DNA from: an uncultured Nitrososphaerota archaeon
Lineage (GTDB): Archaea; Thermoproteota; Nitrososphaeria; Nitrososphaerales; Nitrosopumilaceae
Length of the DNA stretch: 64,000 nt
Direction of reading: 5' to 3'
Assembly (NCBI GenBank): GCA_963824385.1
Contig: CAWGPD010000003.1
Span: 224,001 to 288,000, forward strand
The notes beneath the pieces were generated by a model. The model saw only the letters and a program-made list of their open reading frames with translations. It had not been told where the DNA came from and ran no database searches. The position numbers and the translations under genes were made by a program. Positions 28,838 through 40,290 of the stretch are shown here, piece by piece (position 1 is the first letter of the stretch; each line of letters starts with the position of its first letter).

Positions 28838-30404
28838 TTAGGTTTGCGCGATGTTTTTCCAATTGGTATCAACTTTTGATACCCATTGGAATTTCTTTTG
28901 AAGTGCAGATGTGTAAAGTTTCTCCCATTCTAATCCTACTGCATCTGACCAAGCTTTGACAACTCTAGGGTCAATGTAATTTCTAAGAGATGTTCCTAAA
29001 TTATAATCTCGAGTTTTTTCAGTTAATTCTAGTGTAAGCTTTAATTTTTCTTCGCGTTGTTTTAATTTCTCTGCCTGTTTTTCAGTTTTAGGTTTGGTTT
29101 CATGTAGTTTCTTTATTGCATCACGTCTCTTTTGTAAAGCTTCATCAAAGTTCTTTGGTATGGTTCTCTTGTGATTGCATGTTATTGCCGCATCCAAGTT
29201 GGCAAGTCTGGCATGGTATATCTTGATGTTTTCAGATTTTGATTTTAGGTTGTCTACTTTTTTAAGATAATTTGTAACTACTTCTGTTGCAAGATATGTT
29301 CTAAAGACTTTGGCAGTAAGACCCTTTACTATTCCACCAAGAAATTCATTTACATGTCTTGAAGTAATTCCATCAAATATGAGAATCATCCTTTTTCTTT
29401 TTCTCTGTGAGTTTTTTGAGATTCTCATAAAACATTTTATCTTGTTCTGTTACTGGTAATGGTTTTTGCCATCTCACACTGTCTTTTCCTAAAAAGTCAA
29501 ATTCTATTACGCCTGGTCTTAGACTTACATGTTCAACTCTCAAAGTTGTAGCACCTACAGTGTCTGCCTCATCTGGGTCCTTTTCATCACCTACTCTCAT
29601 TGCAGTTTTGTAAATTAGATAACAAACAGTAGCAACTCTTCTTACCTTCTCATCCTTGTCTGACATTTTTTTGATAACCAGTCCTAAAACTTTGTTAATC
29701 TCTGCTGCAAGTTTTGTTGCCTTGTCATATTTCATCTTGTCACGTTCTTGTTTGAGGTCAGATGTATCAGAAAGCCAGACGTATTTTCTTTTATCAGTAA
29801 GTATGTCAACCCAGCTTGCAAGCCACATAAAATCAGACTCGTGAATGATCTTGCCCCAATTGCCAGGAGGTATTTTGGCTTCTTTTCCAAGATTTAGTGT
29901 AACATCTTTTTCTGTAACCTTTGGCTTCCATTTTCCTCTTAATGGATGGTCTCCTCTTCCTATGAAAAGACCTGGAGGCTCTGCCATCCAATTTCCAACG
30001 TCAACCTCTTTTCCATCAATTATTGCCTTGCCATACTTGGCCTTCATTTTTTCTTTGATCTCCTTTCTGGTAGATGCAATTTTCTTCTTCTCCTCTTTGG
30101 TTATGGTCAACTTGGAATCCTTTTCCATGTCAACTACCTTGAATGCCTCCGAAAAGTCAATATCTGAAAGTGAATTATTTTTAAATTTTACTGGAAGTAC
30201 TTTAACAAAATCTGCTAGAAAGTTTTTCTGGAAAACTTAATCTTTGACATAAGGGGTGTCCTTCTTTTTTGCCCACTGGTAAACCATTTCTTCAGCATCA
30301 ATGCTTAGAGGAACTTTCTCTCCCTTGATCTTGATCGTTATACCTTTTGACTCGTAAGGAGGAAGAAACGCAATGCCATTGTGTTGAAGGGTTTTCCATT
30401 TCAT
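28838..30404 (-). CDS. DNA topoisomerase IB, eukaryote-like (in-frame TAA at 30237-30239; extra base at ~29385)
   Basis: WKTLQHNG, EPPGLF.GRG.HP..G, MRVGDEK, FDFLGKDS, AKVFRTY.A, CNH and catalytic LGTSLRNYIDPR. Confidence 0.93.
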
Positions 30405-30499
30405 TTTTGTTATCACTAAACTTTTGATTAAATCTGTTGACTTTGACAAAAATTGACTTTCTGACGTATATCAATCTAACCAAAAGAATAGTGTGAAAA

Positions 30500-31384
30500 T
30501 CACCAAGTTTTTTGTTCTGAACTTTTTGAATTGATGAAATGGTGATAAAATTGATGTATTTTAGTAAAAAGCTCTTTTTTTATGTAATTTTCAAACTCGA
30601 TGTCTGTCTTGGCTTTTTTTGCTTCAAGAAACATTATTGCATCATTTCCAACAGGATAGCGAGGTAATGGATTTTCAGATGTTACTGCCTTGATTATGGT
30701 CTTTGCAACCTCTTGTGGAGGAGTTCCCATCTCTGACATCATTACTAGCCCCTTCATCACCTTGTCTGCCATGTCCTTATATGCAGAGTTTGGCTTTGTT
30801 GTATTTTTAAGAGTCGCAAAAAGATTTGTCTTGATTACACCAGGTTCTATAATTATTGTTTTAATTCCAAATGGAAATAGCTCATAGCGCATTGATTCGC
30901 TCAAACCTTCTAACGCAAATTTTGAGCTGATATATCCTGGAGTTACTGGAAATCCAATTCTTCCTGCAACTGAACTAATGTTTACTATGATTCCTGATTT
31001 CTGACTGCGCATGGTGGGCAGTACTGCTTGGATTGTTCTTATCACGCCAAAAAAGTTTGTTTCAAACTGATCTTTTAGATCTGTAATTGACAAATCTTCT
31101 AAACATCCAACAAGAAAGTATCCTGCATTATTTACAAGGACATCAATTCTCTTTTTTTCACTTACTATTTTTTCAACTGCTTTTTTTATGGTAGATTCGT
31201 TGTTGACGTCAAGTTCTATAACTTCGATTTTTAGTCCATCTTTTTTTGCAATATCTAAAATTTTGCTACCTTTTTTTATATCACGCATGGTAGCATAGGT
31301 ATGATATCCTTCACGTGCTAATGCCAGTGCAGTCTCAAAACCTATTCCGCTTGAACTGCCAGTTACTAATGCAACCTTGTCCAT
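30500..31384 (-). CDS. Short-chain dehydrogenase/reductase
   Basis: TGSSSGIG, NNAG and YISSK. The C-terminal end may be over-extended. Confidence 0.9.
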   Translation of the reverse strand: MDKVALVTGSSSGIGFETALALAREGYHTYATMRDIKKGSKILDIAKKDGLKIEVIELDVNNESTIKKAVEKIVSEKKRIDVLVNNAGYFLVGCLEDLSITDLKDQFETNFFGVIRTIQAVLPTMRSQKSGIIVNISSVAGRIGFPVTPGYISSKFALEGLSESMRYELFPFGIKTIIIEPGVIKTNLFATLKNTTKPNSAYKDMADKVMKGLVMMSEMGTPPQEVAKTIIKAVTSENPLPRYPVGNDAIMFLEAKKAKTDIEFENYIKKELFTKIHQFYHHFINSKSSEQKTW

Positions 31385-31447
31385 GTTTTGATAATTTCTG
31401 ATGTGACTAATAATTTGTGTTGTTCTGGAGAGTCTATTCCTAATCTA

Positions 31448-33959
31448 CTAGACTAGCGGTTTGTCACCTTCAACTGGATCTGTAATCTCAGTCTTTTCAC
31501 CATCTGTTATTCTCTGGAGAATCTCTTTTGCTGAAAGCTTGTGTAGGTATTCATTATTGTTGCCACATCTATAAGAAAAGGTACAACGAGGACAGCCAGA
31601 TTCGCTTTGGCATGGACACTCTGTTACTATATCCAAACTACGCTCAAAGGCCTTCTCAAGCCTATCAAATAGTGCTCTACTTGCACCATTTCCTCCTATG
31701 GCAGAATCATAAACAAAGACAAGTCCTGATGTTCCAAGCGAAATGCCACCTAGGTCTTGGGATACGCCACCTGTTATCATGTTGCTCCCTTCTATAACGA
31801 CATGTTCTGTAGCATGATATCCACTAGCTTCTACGTATTCTTCATTCTCGGTTTTACTTATTTCATTTAATGGCCTGGGTGCCTTGAAGACAATTCCCTT
31901 TGTAATAAAATCATAATCAAGTGGTTTTTCTAAAATTATCTTCTGGCCTTGTGCAGCTTCTTGACCCAACTCTAAATTGACATAGCCGTACACTCTTTTT
32001 TGAATATGTAATTTACAGAATGCAACTTCGATTCCATTTGCAAATCTTTTCTCAAAAATTGTTTCAATGGTTGGCCATTCTTCTGTTAAAGACTTTGTAT
32101 AATATGGGTAATTTTTGGGAAGATATTCCAACTTTGCAGTCATTTTTTCGGGATATCCTGTTTCTTTTACTTTATACCTAGTACCTGCCAAAAAGTAAAT
32201 GGCTTGTGGATGGAGTCTCTTCTAACGCAATTGGTAATGCTCGCTCACCAACTTTTTTACCATTTAGAAATATGTCAATTGATCTTCCTATTCCTCTTAT
32301 ACTGTAATCTTCTAAAATAGATTTTATCTGTTCATAGTTTGGAACATATCTATTTTCAATTAGAACTAGATTACCTGCGCCAACATGTCGCTCGATGACA
32401 TCTTTGTGTTCAGGCAACTCATGTTTTGCAATTGGTTTGTCACATGCCATTGCAATAACTTGAAACTCTTCAACAAACGGATTTTTTGGATCAATGTAAA
32501 TTTGTTCGACATCTTCAAAATAATCTGCCGGATGGTTCTTGTAATATTGTGAAATTGGGTCATTACCAAGTACCAAAAATGCGTATCCTCCTTGGCCTTT
32601 TCGTGCTGCCCTGCCTATTCTCTGCGTGAGTCTGTTGACTGGTATGGTCGATGATATGACTCCATCAACATTACCTACATCTATTCCAAGTTCAAGTGTG
32701 GGAGTGGCAGATATTGCAAGTAACTTGTCAGTCTTGAACAAGTTCTCAACTGATCTTCTATAATTTGCCATAAGACCTGCACGATGAACCTTGATGTCCA
32801 CTTTTTGTCTTCTTGCCTGAAGTGCCAAAAGTTCGGAATTAAGATGTGAATTTGAAAAGACCAGAGTCTTGTGTTGTTTTGCTGTCAATTTTTTTAGAAT
32901 ATCAATCATCAATGCACGTTGTGTCATCAAAGAAGGAAAGAGCATTGAAAATTCTATCTTGCCTTTCTTGCCAGAGCCAGAAACCTGAACTATCTTTACT
33001 CCAAACAACATTTGGCAAAATACTAGTGCGTTATCCAAAGTCGCAGATGCTGCAATTATCTGCAATTTTGGCGCAATTCTCTTTAATCGTTTTATGATAT
33101 AATGAACATTAGAGCCAAAAATTCCAGAGTAGACATGAGCTTCATCAACAGCTAGAAATCTTGTCGTACTAAACAGTGATGCAAATCTAGTTCTATGCCA
33201 TAGGTGATAGTGTAACACATCAAAGTTTGTTATTATAATCTGAGGTGGACTAGCAAGAATTTCAGCTCGTTCTGTCTGTTTAGTATCTCCATCAAATACT
33301 GCACATTTGATATCAATCTTGTCTGCAATTTCTTTAATCTTTGGATATTGGTCTCGAGAAAGGGACTTGGTTGGATAAACAAAAATTGCTTGTATTGCAG
33401 GGATGGGATTTTTTGAGTTGCTTATTCTTTCTATGATTGGTACTACAAAGGCCTCTGTCTTACCAGATGCAGTGGGTGCAGTAATTACAACATTATCTCC
33501 AGAAACAATATGGTGTATCGCATCTTCCTGAAACTTGTAGAATCTCTCTATTCCTCTTGATTCTAATGCCTCAACTATTCGCTGGTCAAGGCCTGAATCT
33601 GTTACAGTGGAGCCCATCTCAGGGTCGGGCTCTTCAATTATCTTAAAGTGTGAGACATAGTGCCTCTTTGAGAACAAAATAGACCTTGTAATCTCTGCAA
33701 TCTTGGAACTGCCTATCATTTTGTTTATCTCGTCTTCTGTTTGCAAAATTCCCTCTTTTTCTAGAGTTGTGCCAGATTCACTACTGGTTGGTAGTTCATC
33801 ATTGTCAAATTTTATTAAAAATTCAAGAAAAGCCTCATCCAAATTCTTTTTTGAATCAATGATGTCTTCGATCTTACACTTGGGACATCCAAAATGTATT
33901 TTTTGATTAAAAGTTCGTTGTATCTCAATCTTTGATTTACACTTGGGACAATGATACAC
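31448..33959 (-). CDS. SF2 DEAH helicase with DUF1998 Zn domain (Hrq1/SftH/MrfA-like; one extra base at ~32216)
   Basis: APTASGKT, DEAH, SAT, QRIGRAAR; C-terminal CPC...GCPRC...C; N-terminal double CPKC. Confidence 0.9.
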
Positions 33960-34065
33960 TAGTCCAGAGAAAGATTGTGGCTGATTTAATTTTTGGTAAA
34001 ACCTTTGAGTATAGTATATGTCAAAACCCTGATGACATATAATATCGTGCCATTTCTAGTCTGAT

Positions 34066-34755
34066 GTGGGTCTTGGAAGTTATTGGGGCGAAGTCCTCGA
34101 TGTCTTGGAAAAAATAATTCCTGTCTATGATAAAGTCAATTCTTTGATCTCACTTGGAAGAGATTCAGAGTTTCGTCAACGCGGAATCAAAGGAAGAGTA
34201 AATCCAGGAGATCATATACTTGATGCAGGTTCTGGTTTTGGAAACATGTCAAAGACTGCATCCCAGATCTGTTCTGGTAATCTAGACATAACTTTGTATG
34301 ATCCATTAAGACCCATGCTAAAAAATACCAGTCGATTATTTTCTGCAACTCCTACACTAACATGTGGTGTCTTTGAACACATTCCATTTCGTGGAGAGCA
34401 GTTTGATGCAGTACTTACTGGATACTCGCTCAGAGACGCAATTAATCTTAGAATAGCAATATCAGAAATACATCGCGTATTGAAAAAAGGTGGAAGATTT
34501 GTAATTGTTGATCTTGGAAAACCTGATGATCCTCTAATTAGAGCGGGAGTCTCGTTTTACCTCAGGGCGATACTTCCTATATTGGCAGTAATTGGTGGAG
34601 GAAGACTTGGGCTCAAGTTTGCCACTCTATATGGCACTTACAAACTCTGGCCTCAGAATAAAAAACTCGAGTCACTCCTTCTTGAAAGATTCTCACGAGT
34701 AGAATTTGAAAAGGGAATGCTTGGGGGCGCAATTATGGTTGCAGCATACAAGTAA
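34066..34755 (+). CDS. UbiE/MenG-like class I SAM methyltransferase
   Basis: YDKVNSLISLG, LDAGSGFG and RVLKKGG. Confidence 0.85.
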   Translation: MGLGSYWGEVLDVLEKIIPVYDKVNSLISLGRDSEFRQRGIKGRVNPGDHILDAGSGFGNMSKTASQICSGNLDITLYDPLRPMLKNTSRLFSATPTLTCGVFEHIPFRGEQFDAVLTGYSLRDAINLRIAISEIHRVLKKGGRFVIVDLGKPDDPLIRAGVSFYLRAILPILAVIGGGRLGLKFATLYGTYKLWPQNKKLESLLLERFSRVEFEKGMLGGAIMVAAYK

Positions 34756-34757
34756 AG

Positions 34758-35894
34758 ATGAACAGAAAAGTAATTCTTGTCTATATTATAGCACTAATTG
34801 TTGGTTTTTCATATGGCATGCACAATCCCGTGGTTCCCTTATTTTCTAAAGACCTTGGTGCATCATACTTTGACCTTGGGATAATTGGATTTTCAAATTT
34901 TATTCCTTACATGTTCATTCCGCTCTTTGTAGGATTACTACTTGACAGATTCAACAAGGGGCTTCTTCTTTCTCTGGGATTGGTAATTGATACATTGTCT
35001 ATTTACTTGCTATCTACAGCAGAGTCTGTGCCCCAAGTTATAATATTTAGAACGCTTGTTGGAGTTGCACATTCATTTTTCTGGCCTCCGTGTGAATCAA
35101 TCATATCGCAATCCACCACTCCACAAAATAGAGTCAAGGCAATATCCCAATTCATGGCATTTTTTGTTGTAGGTCTAATGATTGGACCTCTTGTTGGTTC
35201 ATTTTTGCTTGAACACTTTGATGTCTCATATAGGATTATCTTCCAGATTGCTGCCTTTGCAATTGCAACTTCGCTAGTCTTTTCGCTTTTGTTATCCCAA
35301 ACTGGCAAGACACCACGCACTGGAATTATATCAATTACATCTGCAAAACATTTGATAAAATTTCCAACCGTTATTGCCATTTTATTATTTTGTAGTATTA
35401 GTTTTGGTGTCTTTTTGGCAATAATTCCTGCATATATGAGCGAGAGAAAAATCTCAGAATCAAATATTGAACTGCTCTTCTTTGTCTTTGGAATATCTCG
35501 GCTTGTTTCGTTATTGGCATCTAACTTTTTAATGAAAAAATTTCTTGTCAGCTTGCTGTCAGTTATTTTATCAATATCTGCTGGAATGATGATGCTGTTT
35601 TACTCTCATTCTATGGTACAGTTTAGCATAGCAGTACTCTTACTTGGGTTTGGATTTAGTGTGTATTTCCCGCTAACATTTGAGATTATAATGAGAAAGG
35701 CAAAAGAAAATGTCGGAGCGTTAATTGGTGCATATGAGGCAACGTTTGGAATAGGGTGGGCTTTTGGACCTCTCATAATAGGTATAATTGCCAATTCATT
35801 TGGGAGCTCAATTCCGTATGTTATTTTGTCCATATCTGGACTATTTGTATTGGGATATGTTTTTTTCAAGAGAAAAGAAGTTGTTCTGGTCTAA
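34758..35894 (+). CDS. MFS transporter
   Basis: About 12 TM segments; GLLLDRFNK motif A. Confidence 0.9.
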   Translation: MNRKVILVYIIALIVGFSYGMHNPVVPLFSKDLGASYFDLGIIGFSNFIPYMFIPLFVGLLLDRFNKGLLLSLGLVIDTLSIYLLSTAESVPQVIIFRTLVGVAHSFFWPPCESIISQSTTPQNRVKAISQFMAFFVVGLMIGPLVGSFLLEHFDVSYRIIFQIAAFAIATSLVFSLLLSQTGKTPRTGIISITSAKHLIKFPTVIAILLFCSISFGVFLAIIPAYMSERKISESNIELLFFVFGISRLVSLLASNFLMKKFLVSLLSVILSISAGMMMLFYSHSMVQFSIAVLLLGFGFSVYFPLTFEIIMRKAKENVGALIGAYEATFGIGWAFGPLIIGIIANSFGSSIPYVILSISGLFVLGYVFFKRKEVVLV

Positions 35895-35927
35895 AGCTTT
35901 AATTTTAGAAACAGGTTTGATGATTTC

Positions 35928-36284
35928 ATGTACGACTTTTCACTAAATATCATAGGTAATGATTGGATTATGATTGCAATTGTAATATTGGCATTGTTAC
36001 TTGGAACAAAGCGATTGCCTGATGCAACAAAAAAACTTGCAAAAATTATGGCCCAGTATGATAAAACAAAAAATATGGTCCAAGAAGAAATTAAAAAAGC
36101 CAGAGGGGAAATTAACATCAATATCTCAGGTCCTGTAATGTCGGAGAGACAAAAACTAGAAACACTTGCTAAATCTTTGGGAGTTAACACTGAAGATAAA
36201 ACAGATGATGAACTACGTAATTTGGTTCATACTAAACTTGGCGGATCTGTAAAACCAGATCAAGATAATGCATCAAAACAGTAA
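35928..36284 (+). CDS. tatA: Twin-arginine translocase TatA/TatB subunit
   Basis: N-terminal TM, then LLGTKRLPD and an amphipathic helix. Confidence 0.82.
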   Translation: MYDFSLNIIGNDWIMIAIVILALLLGTKRLPDATKKLAKIMAQYDKTKNMVQEEIKKARGEININISGPVMSERQKLETLAKSLGVNTEDKTDDELRNLVHTKLGGSVKPDQDNASKQ

Positions 36285-36336
36285 GCGATCTTAAACAAAT
36301 TTAAATACAATATCTAGTCAGACATAACGATAAAGA

Positions 36337-37584
36337 TTGGCTAAAATCGATCCTTGGCAAAATGCACTCAAGCAACTTGCAGACGCTGCAAAAATTCTAA
36401 AACTTGATGCTGGAGTTCACGAGATGCTTGCAAACCCGAAAAAAATTCTCATAGTTTCATTGCCAGTAAAGATGGATGATGGCAGAATCAAAATATTCAC
36501 AGGTTATAGATCACAGCATAATGACTTTAGAGGACCACACAAGGGCGGAATAAGATATCATCCAGATGTTACAATTGAAGAAGTAAAGGCACTATCAATG
36601 TGGATGACTTGGAAATGTGCAATTGTTGATGTTCCATTTGGAGGCGGTAAGGGAGGAATCATCTGTGATCCAAAGAAACTCTCAGCAGGAGAAAAAGAGA
36701 GGATGACAAGGAGATATGCATATGCAATATCTGAGATAATTGGACCGGGAAAAGATGTTCCAGCTCCTGATGTCTATACAACTGGAAAAGAGATGGCACA
36801 GATTATGGATGTTTATAGTGTATTACATGGACAAGGAGAACCAGCTGTTATTACAGGAAAACCGCTCTCAGTTGGAGGCTCTCTTGCAAGAAACGTAGCT
36901 ACAGGCCTTGGTGTTTCTTATTGTGTAAGAGAAGGCGCAAAGAAGATTGGATTAAAACTCAAGGGTGCAAGAATTGTCATACAAGGTTTTGGTAATGCTG
37001 GAACATATGCTGCAGAATATATTGAAAAGTTAGGCGGAAAAATTATCGGAGTAAGCGACTCTAGAGGTTCTATAATTAATCTAAAGGGACTTGATCCAAA
37101 GAAGGTCTTGGAATACAAAAATAAACACGGAAGCGTTGTTGGATATCCAGGAAGCAAAAAGGTAACAACAGAAGAACTTCTTACAACTCCATGTGATGTT
37201 CTAGTACCCGCAGCACTTGAGAACCAGATTACTCCTCAAATTGCAAGAAAAATAAAATGTAAAATAATTGCTGAAGCGGCAAACGGTCCAACTACTCCTG
37301 ATGCAGATGATATTTTATTCAAAAATAAAATCATGGTTATCCCAGATATCCTGGCAAACTCTGGTGGTGTGTGTATTTCATATCTAGAATGGGTACAAAA
37401 CTTGCAAAGATACTATTGGACATTTGACGAGGTTGCAGGCAAGATGGAAAATCACATAGTTCGTGGTTTTAACGATACATATGCACTATCAAAGAAACAC
37501 AATGTCGACATGAGAAAGGGAAGTATGGTCCTTGCTGTTGGCAGAGTACTAGATGCATTTGAGGCACGAGGCCTCTGGCCGTAG
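36337..37584 (+). CDS. gdhA: Glutamate dehydrogenase
   Basis: GPHKGGIRY, GGGKGG, DVPAPD, QGFGNAG and EAANGP. Confidence 0.96.
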   Translation: MAKIDPWQNALKQLADAAKILKLDAGVHEMLANPKKILIVSLPVKMDDGRIKIFTGYRSQHNDFRGPHKGGIRYHPDVTIEEVKALSMWMTWKCAIVDVPFGGGKGGIICDPKKLSAGEKERMTRRYAYAISEIIGPGKDVPAPDVYTTGKEMAQIMDVYSVLHGQGEPAVITGKPLSVGGSLARNVATGLGVSYCVREGAKKIGLKLKGARIVIQGFGNAGTYAAEYIEKLGGKIIGVSDSRGSIINLKGLDPKKVLEYKNKHGSVVGYPGSKKVTTEELLTTPCDVLVPAALENQITPQIARKIKCKIIAEAANGPTTPDADDILFKNKIMVIPDILANSGGVCISYLEWVQNLQRYYWTFDEVAGKMENHIVRGFNDTYALSKKHNVDMRKGSMVLAVGRVLDAFEARGLWP

Positions 37585-37618
37585 AAATACCTAATACTCA
37601 AGTTCACGATATTATTTT

Positions 37619-37846
37619 ATGAACAAAGCATTTATCGCTATTCATTGTGAGACGGGAAAAGAAAATCCAATCATTAGAAAACTAATGGAGATCAAAGGTG
37701 TTTCAGAAGTTACAGGAACCTTGGGGCTGTACGATATTATAGCCAAAGTTGAGGCGCAAGATTCAAAGGAACTTGAAAGTATCATAACGACAAAAATACG
37801 TAGGATTCCAAATGTTCTGACTACGATGACATTGATGGTAATCTGA
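37619..37846 (+). CDS. Stand-alone Lrp/AsnC ligand-binding (RAM) domain protein
   Basis: GVSEV.GTLGLYDIIAKV...IRRIPNV..T.T. Confidence 0.85.
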   Translation: MNKAFIAIHCETGKENPIIRKLMEIKGVSEVTGTLGLYDIIAKVEAQDSKELESIITTKIRRIPNVLTTMTLMVI

Positions 37847-38038
37847 TTTTTATTCGCTGTCAACAAAAGACACTCACCATTTATGTGCCTCAAAAGTTGG
37901 TTATGACTAGAATTATGATGTTAGAATTGTTGGAAATTCTATGAATTAGTCTTATGTTTAAAAGGCAAGGCTAATTTCATTAGATTACTAATCATTAGTG
38001 TCCTAATGATTATATATCTCTGGTCCGTTAGTATATGT

Positions 38039-38242
38039 ATGAAATTGTTTCGCTTGGGACCAATAACTCATGTATCCGTTATCTTGAATAGATTCATCGA
38101 GAGACGATCTGCTATGATGCCTACTCTAATCTCTATTCCTAGTGTTAGTTTTGTTATTTCAACTGTAATTATTCTAACTCTAGTAAATGTTTACAACATT
38201 GCACAGGGACGCCAGCAATACCGACTAATACCCATCAACTAG
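38039..38242 (+). CDS. Possible small membrane protein (67 aa)
   Basis: TTATATA ~25 bp upstream of ATG 38039; one hydrophobic segment. Confidence 0.4.
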   Translation: MKLFRLGPITHVSVILNRFIERRSAMMPTLISIPSVSFVISTVIILTLVNVYNIAQGRQQYRLIPIN

Positions 38243-38325
38243 TGTAAAAATTCTTCAAGATAATTTTAGAATCTTTTACCTTGATAGAAAATCCATAACC
38301 CTTGAGGAATTTTACGTTGTAATGA

Positions 38326-38880
38326 TTATGCTGATCTTTTAATGTCATGTAAATTTCGTAGTCCAGAAAATCGCATATTATATTTTTCTTGTTGTTCAAT
38401 TATTGTTCCATGATTAGTTTCTTTATCATATATGGCATGTTCATCTTCAACTTGTTCATTAATTTCTACAAAATAGTTTTGAATTATCTTACTTGTCGAA
38501 TCAATTGGATCTATGGTGATCTTTTTATGAAAAACAAATGTTTTCTTTCGGAATTCATTCTTGAGCTTTCGGTCAAACTTACGTGAAAATTTTTCAGCCA
38601 TGTCAAAATGACCCTGTTCATGTTTCAAAAGCTCTGGCAGATGAATTCCACCTGTAACTTCTAACTTCAACCATGATTGAGATGGAAAAAAATAGGCACG
38701 TGTCCAAATGTCTTCCACCTTTACCTTGAATCTTTTTTTATCTTCATCTAATGTATGGCTAAAAAAATATTGAATTCCAGTACGGCTTTTGGCATGATAT
38801 GGATCATTGTTATCAGATATACCCAGAAAATGTTCTACTGTTAACATAAAATCTGGAGTCCATTCAATTTCCTCAGGCAA
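38326..38880 (-). CDS. DUF922-like putative Zn-dependent protease
   Basis: LLKHEQGHFD (HExxH), SW and YDKETNHG motifs. Confidence 0.75.
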   Translation of the reverse strand: MPEEIEWTPDFMLTVEHFLGISDNNDPYHAKSRTGIQYFFSHTLDEDKKRFKVKVEDIWTRAYFFPSQSWLKLEVTGGIHLPELLKHEQGHFDMAEKFSRKFDRKLKNEFRKKTFVFHKKITIDPIDSTSKIIQNYFVEINEQVEDEHAIYDKETNHGTIIEQQEKYNMRFSGLRNLHDIKRSA

Positions 38881-39100
38881 TATCTGTTCTATACTGATTC
38901 AGTATTTTACCACTTTCCAACAAATCACACTGACGTTATTACTCTAGTTATGGCGAAAAATTTACGCACAGGTGGGGGGGATTCCATTTTTACTTGCTGT
39001 CAACATACTCATCTGGTGGAATTATAATTTCTGTTTAACACTATGATTGTTTATAGTCGAGACTGGGGATATTATTTAAAAATTAAAGAAATTTCGGAAT

Positions 39101-39451
39101 CTAAGATGTGTTAAATGAATGGCCACAGGAGCAAGACTTGGTTACGTTTGGATTGTTGATTTTAAATCCAGCACCCATTAGACTCTCGATATAGTCAATG
39201 TTTGCACCTTTTAGATAGTCCGCACTGTAACTGTCAATTAGCATCTTTACACCATTTTCTTCGATTACAAGATCATCTTCTTCGGCTGCTTTTTCAAATC
39301 CCATTCCGTAGGATAATCCAGAGCATCCTCCACCTTGTACGTAGACTCTGAGAAATTGTGGCTTTTCGGCTTCTTCTGCCATAAAAGCAGTTACTTTTTC
39401 TGCAGCTTTTGGTGTAATTGTGACCAATTTAGTGGTCTGTGTGTTGCTCAT
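39101..39451 (-). CDS. A-type Fe-S carrier (HesB/IscA/ErpA)
   Basis: GGGCSGLSY and NPN...SCSCGHSF. Confidence 0.93.
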   Translation of the reverse strand: MSNTQTTKLVTITPKAAEKVTAFMAEEAEKPQFLRVYVQGGGCSGLSYGMGFEKAAEEDDLVIEENGVKMLIDSYSADYLKGANIDYIESLMGAGFKINNPNVTKSCSCGHSFNTS

Positions 39452-39527
39452 TAAACCTAATTCGTGCTTTAAATTATAATAATCTTTTCCTACCGGTCAT
39501 AATAGGAATTAAAGATTAGTCCAAGAC

Positions 39528-40289
39528 TTACTTTTTTGACTTGTTAACAAATGCAGTCATTCGTTCAGTTCTGTCTGGATGTGTAAAGCACAGACCCCAT
39601 GTGTATAGCTCTAATGCAAGACCTGTGTCAATGTCAGAGTTTCTTCCCTTGTTGATTGCAATCTTTGACATTCTTACTGCCATTGCAGAATTCTGTGCAA
39701 TCATCTTTGCAATGTTCATTGTCTCTTCCATTAATTTTGCAAGTTCTACTACTTTGTTTACAAGGCCCATCTCTTTTGCTTCATCTGATTTTACCATTCT
39801 TCCAGTAAAGATCAAATCTTTTGCCTGAGAGATTCCAATTATTCTCTGCAATCTTTGAGTTCCACCCCAACCTGGACATACTCCAATTGTTACTTCGGGC
39901 TGTCCAATTCTTGCAGTATCTGCAGCTACTCTAATATCACAAGCAAGTGCAAGCTCACATCCTCCACCCAATGCAAATCCATTGATTGCTGCAATTGTTG
40001 GCTTGCTACAATTTTCAACTGTTGTTGTTAAAAGATGACCAAGTTTTGCATAGGTCTCAGATTCTATTGGCGTAATTGTTGACATGTATGCAATGTCTGC
40101 ACCTGCAGAAAATGCCTTGTCACCCTCTCCTGTTAAAACTACCGCCTTGACAGAATCATCTGTTTCGATTTCTTTGAATACTTTGATGATATCATTTGCA
40201 ACATCCATGTTCATGGCATTGAGCTTGTCTGGTCTATTTACTTTGATTGTACAGATTCCATCTGCTTTTGAAACTAGAACTAGGGACAT
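39528..40289 (-). CDS. Crotonase-family 3-hydroxypropionyl-CoA dehydratase / crotonyl-CoA hydratase
   Basis: [22 protein letters not shown] and QPEV..G..PG.GGTQRL; directly follows the acyl-CoA synthetase. Confidence 0.85.
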   Translation of the reverse strand: MSLVLVSKADGICTIKVNRPDKLNAMNMDVANDIIKVFKEIETDDSVKAVVLTGEGDKAFSAGADIAYMSTITPIESETYAKLGHLLTTTVENCSKPTIAAINGFALGGGCELALACDIRVAADTARIGQPEVTIGVCPGWGGTQRLQRIIGISQAKDLIFTGRMVKSDEAKEMGLVNKVVELAKLMEETMNIAKMIAQNSAMAVRMSKIAINKGRNSDIDTGLALELYTWGLCFTHPDRTERMTAFVNKSKK

Positions 40290-40290
40290 C

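Noticed and set aside
30237..30239. Stop-codon readthrough or recoding of the in-frame TAA in topo IB
   Set aside because: TAA terminates many other genes here, and a single C-to-T miscall in GATC explains it.
30500..30575. A 14th AGCT-linked error extending the SDR C-terminus
   Set aside because: Plausible (T-run after AGCT at ~30570, odd tail), but it cannot be shown without homologue alignment, so it was not counted.
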